DNA of 25,308 bases from a virus (taxonomy: Duplodnaviria > Caudoviricetes), in the IMG/VR virus record IMGVR_UViG_3300025168_000607, positions 1 to 25,308 of that record; one strand, 5' to 3'. Positions 25,237 through 25,308 of this stretch are shown one piece after another. The position numbers were made by a program, and so were the translations under genes. Within the stretch, counting starts at the first letter, position 1; each line of letters starts with the position of its first letter. The notes beneath the pieces are model-generated. The model was given only the letters and a program-made list of their open reading frames with translations. It did no database searches and was not told where the DNA came from.

Positions 25237-25308
25237 ATGGCAACAGTAAATATACCTTCGGGTTTAATAGCTACACCTTCCAATGTAGCGGTTGCAACAA
25301 CATCTAAT
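25237..25308 (+). CDS. Probable major capsid protein, N-terminal fragment
   Basis: ATG after A-rich leader, open to the edge (MATVNIPSGLIATPSNVAVATTSN); identity inferred from gene order only. Confidence 0.55.
   Translation, partial: MATVNIPSGLIATPSNVAVATTSN

Noticed and set aside
1-25308. Stop-codon reassignment as in some crAss-like phages
   Set aside because: Long genes are intact in the standard code, and TAG/TGA stops fall at sensible gene boundaries
1-25308. Integrated prophage or host chromosome segment
   Set aside because: No integrase, att site or housekeeping genes in the window; the envelope module is overlap-coupled to phage genes

Overview
AT-rich dsDNA phage segment, most likely a tailed phage of Bacteroidota (Flavobacteriia) with a crAss-like head module. 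Host evidence: TTTG-N19/20-TAnnTTTG promoters, A-rich leaders lacking Shine-Dalgarno sites, signal peptides followed by Gln, and a T9SS C-terminal domain. 1-4264 is an early-type region of small, often acidic genes plus a DUF932 gene, built as repeated promoter/leader/terminator cassettes; by eye 1355-4480 has no GATC, CTAG or CCAG/CTGG. 4265-4890 is a non-coding, repeat- and hairpin-rich stretch (possible genome end or origin), followed by an HNH gene. 5281-8760 is a minus-strand block of fibre-like genes, a basic protein and a winged-helix regulator. 8858-25308 is a long plus-strand late operon: LamG protein, a cluster of very basic small proteins, a four-gene envelope module (T9SS cargo with LNR and GCxD repeats, outer-membrane beta-barrel, TM/coiled-coil protein, CxxC-less exported thioredoxin fold), M15 endolysin and holin, a tandem GroES-like protein, TerS, TerL, portal, scaffold-like protein and the start of the probable major capsid gene. 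Most notable: the phage-encoded T9SS module, the restriction-site-free cassette region, and a candidate structured RNA at about 1110-1450. All calls come from reading the sequence; no searches or folding were run.
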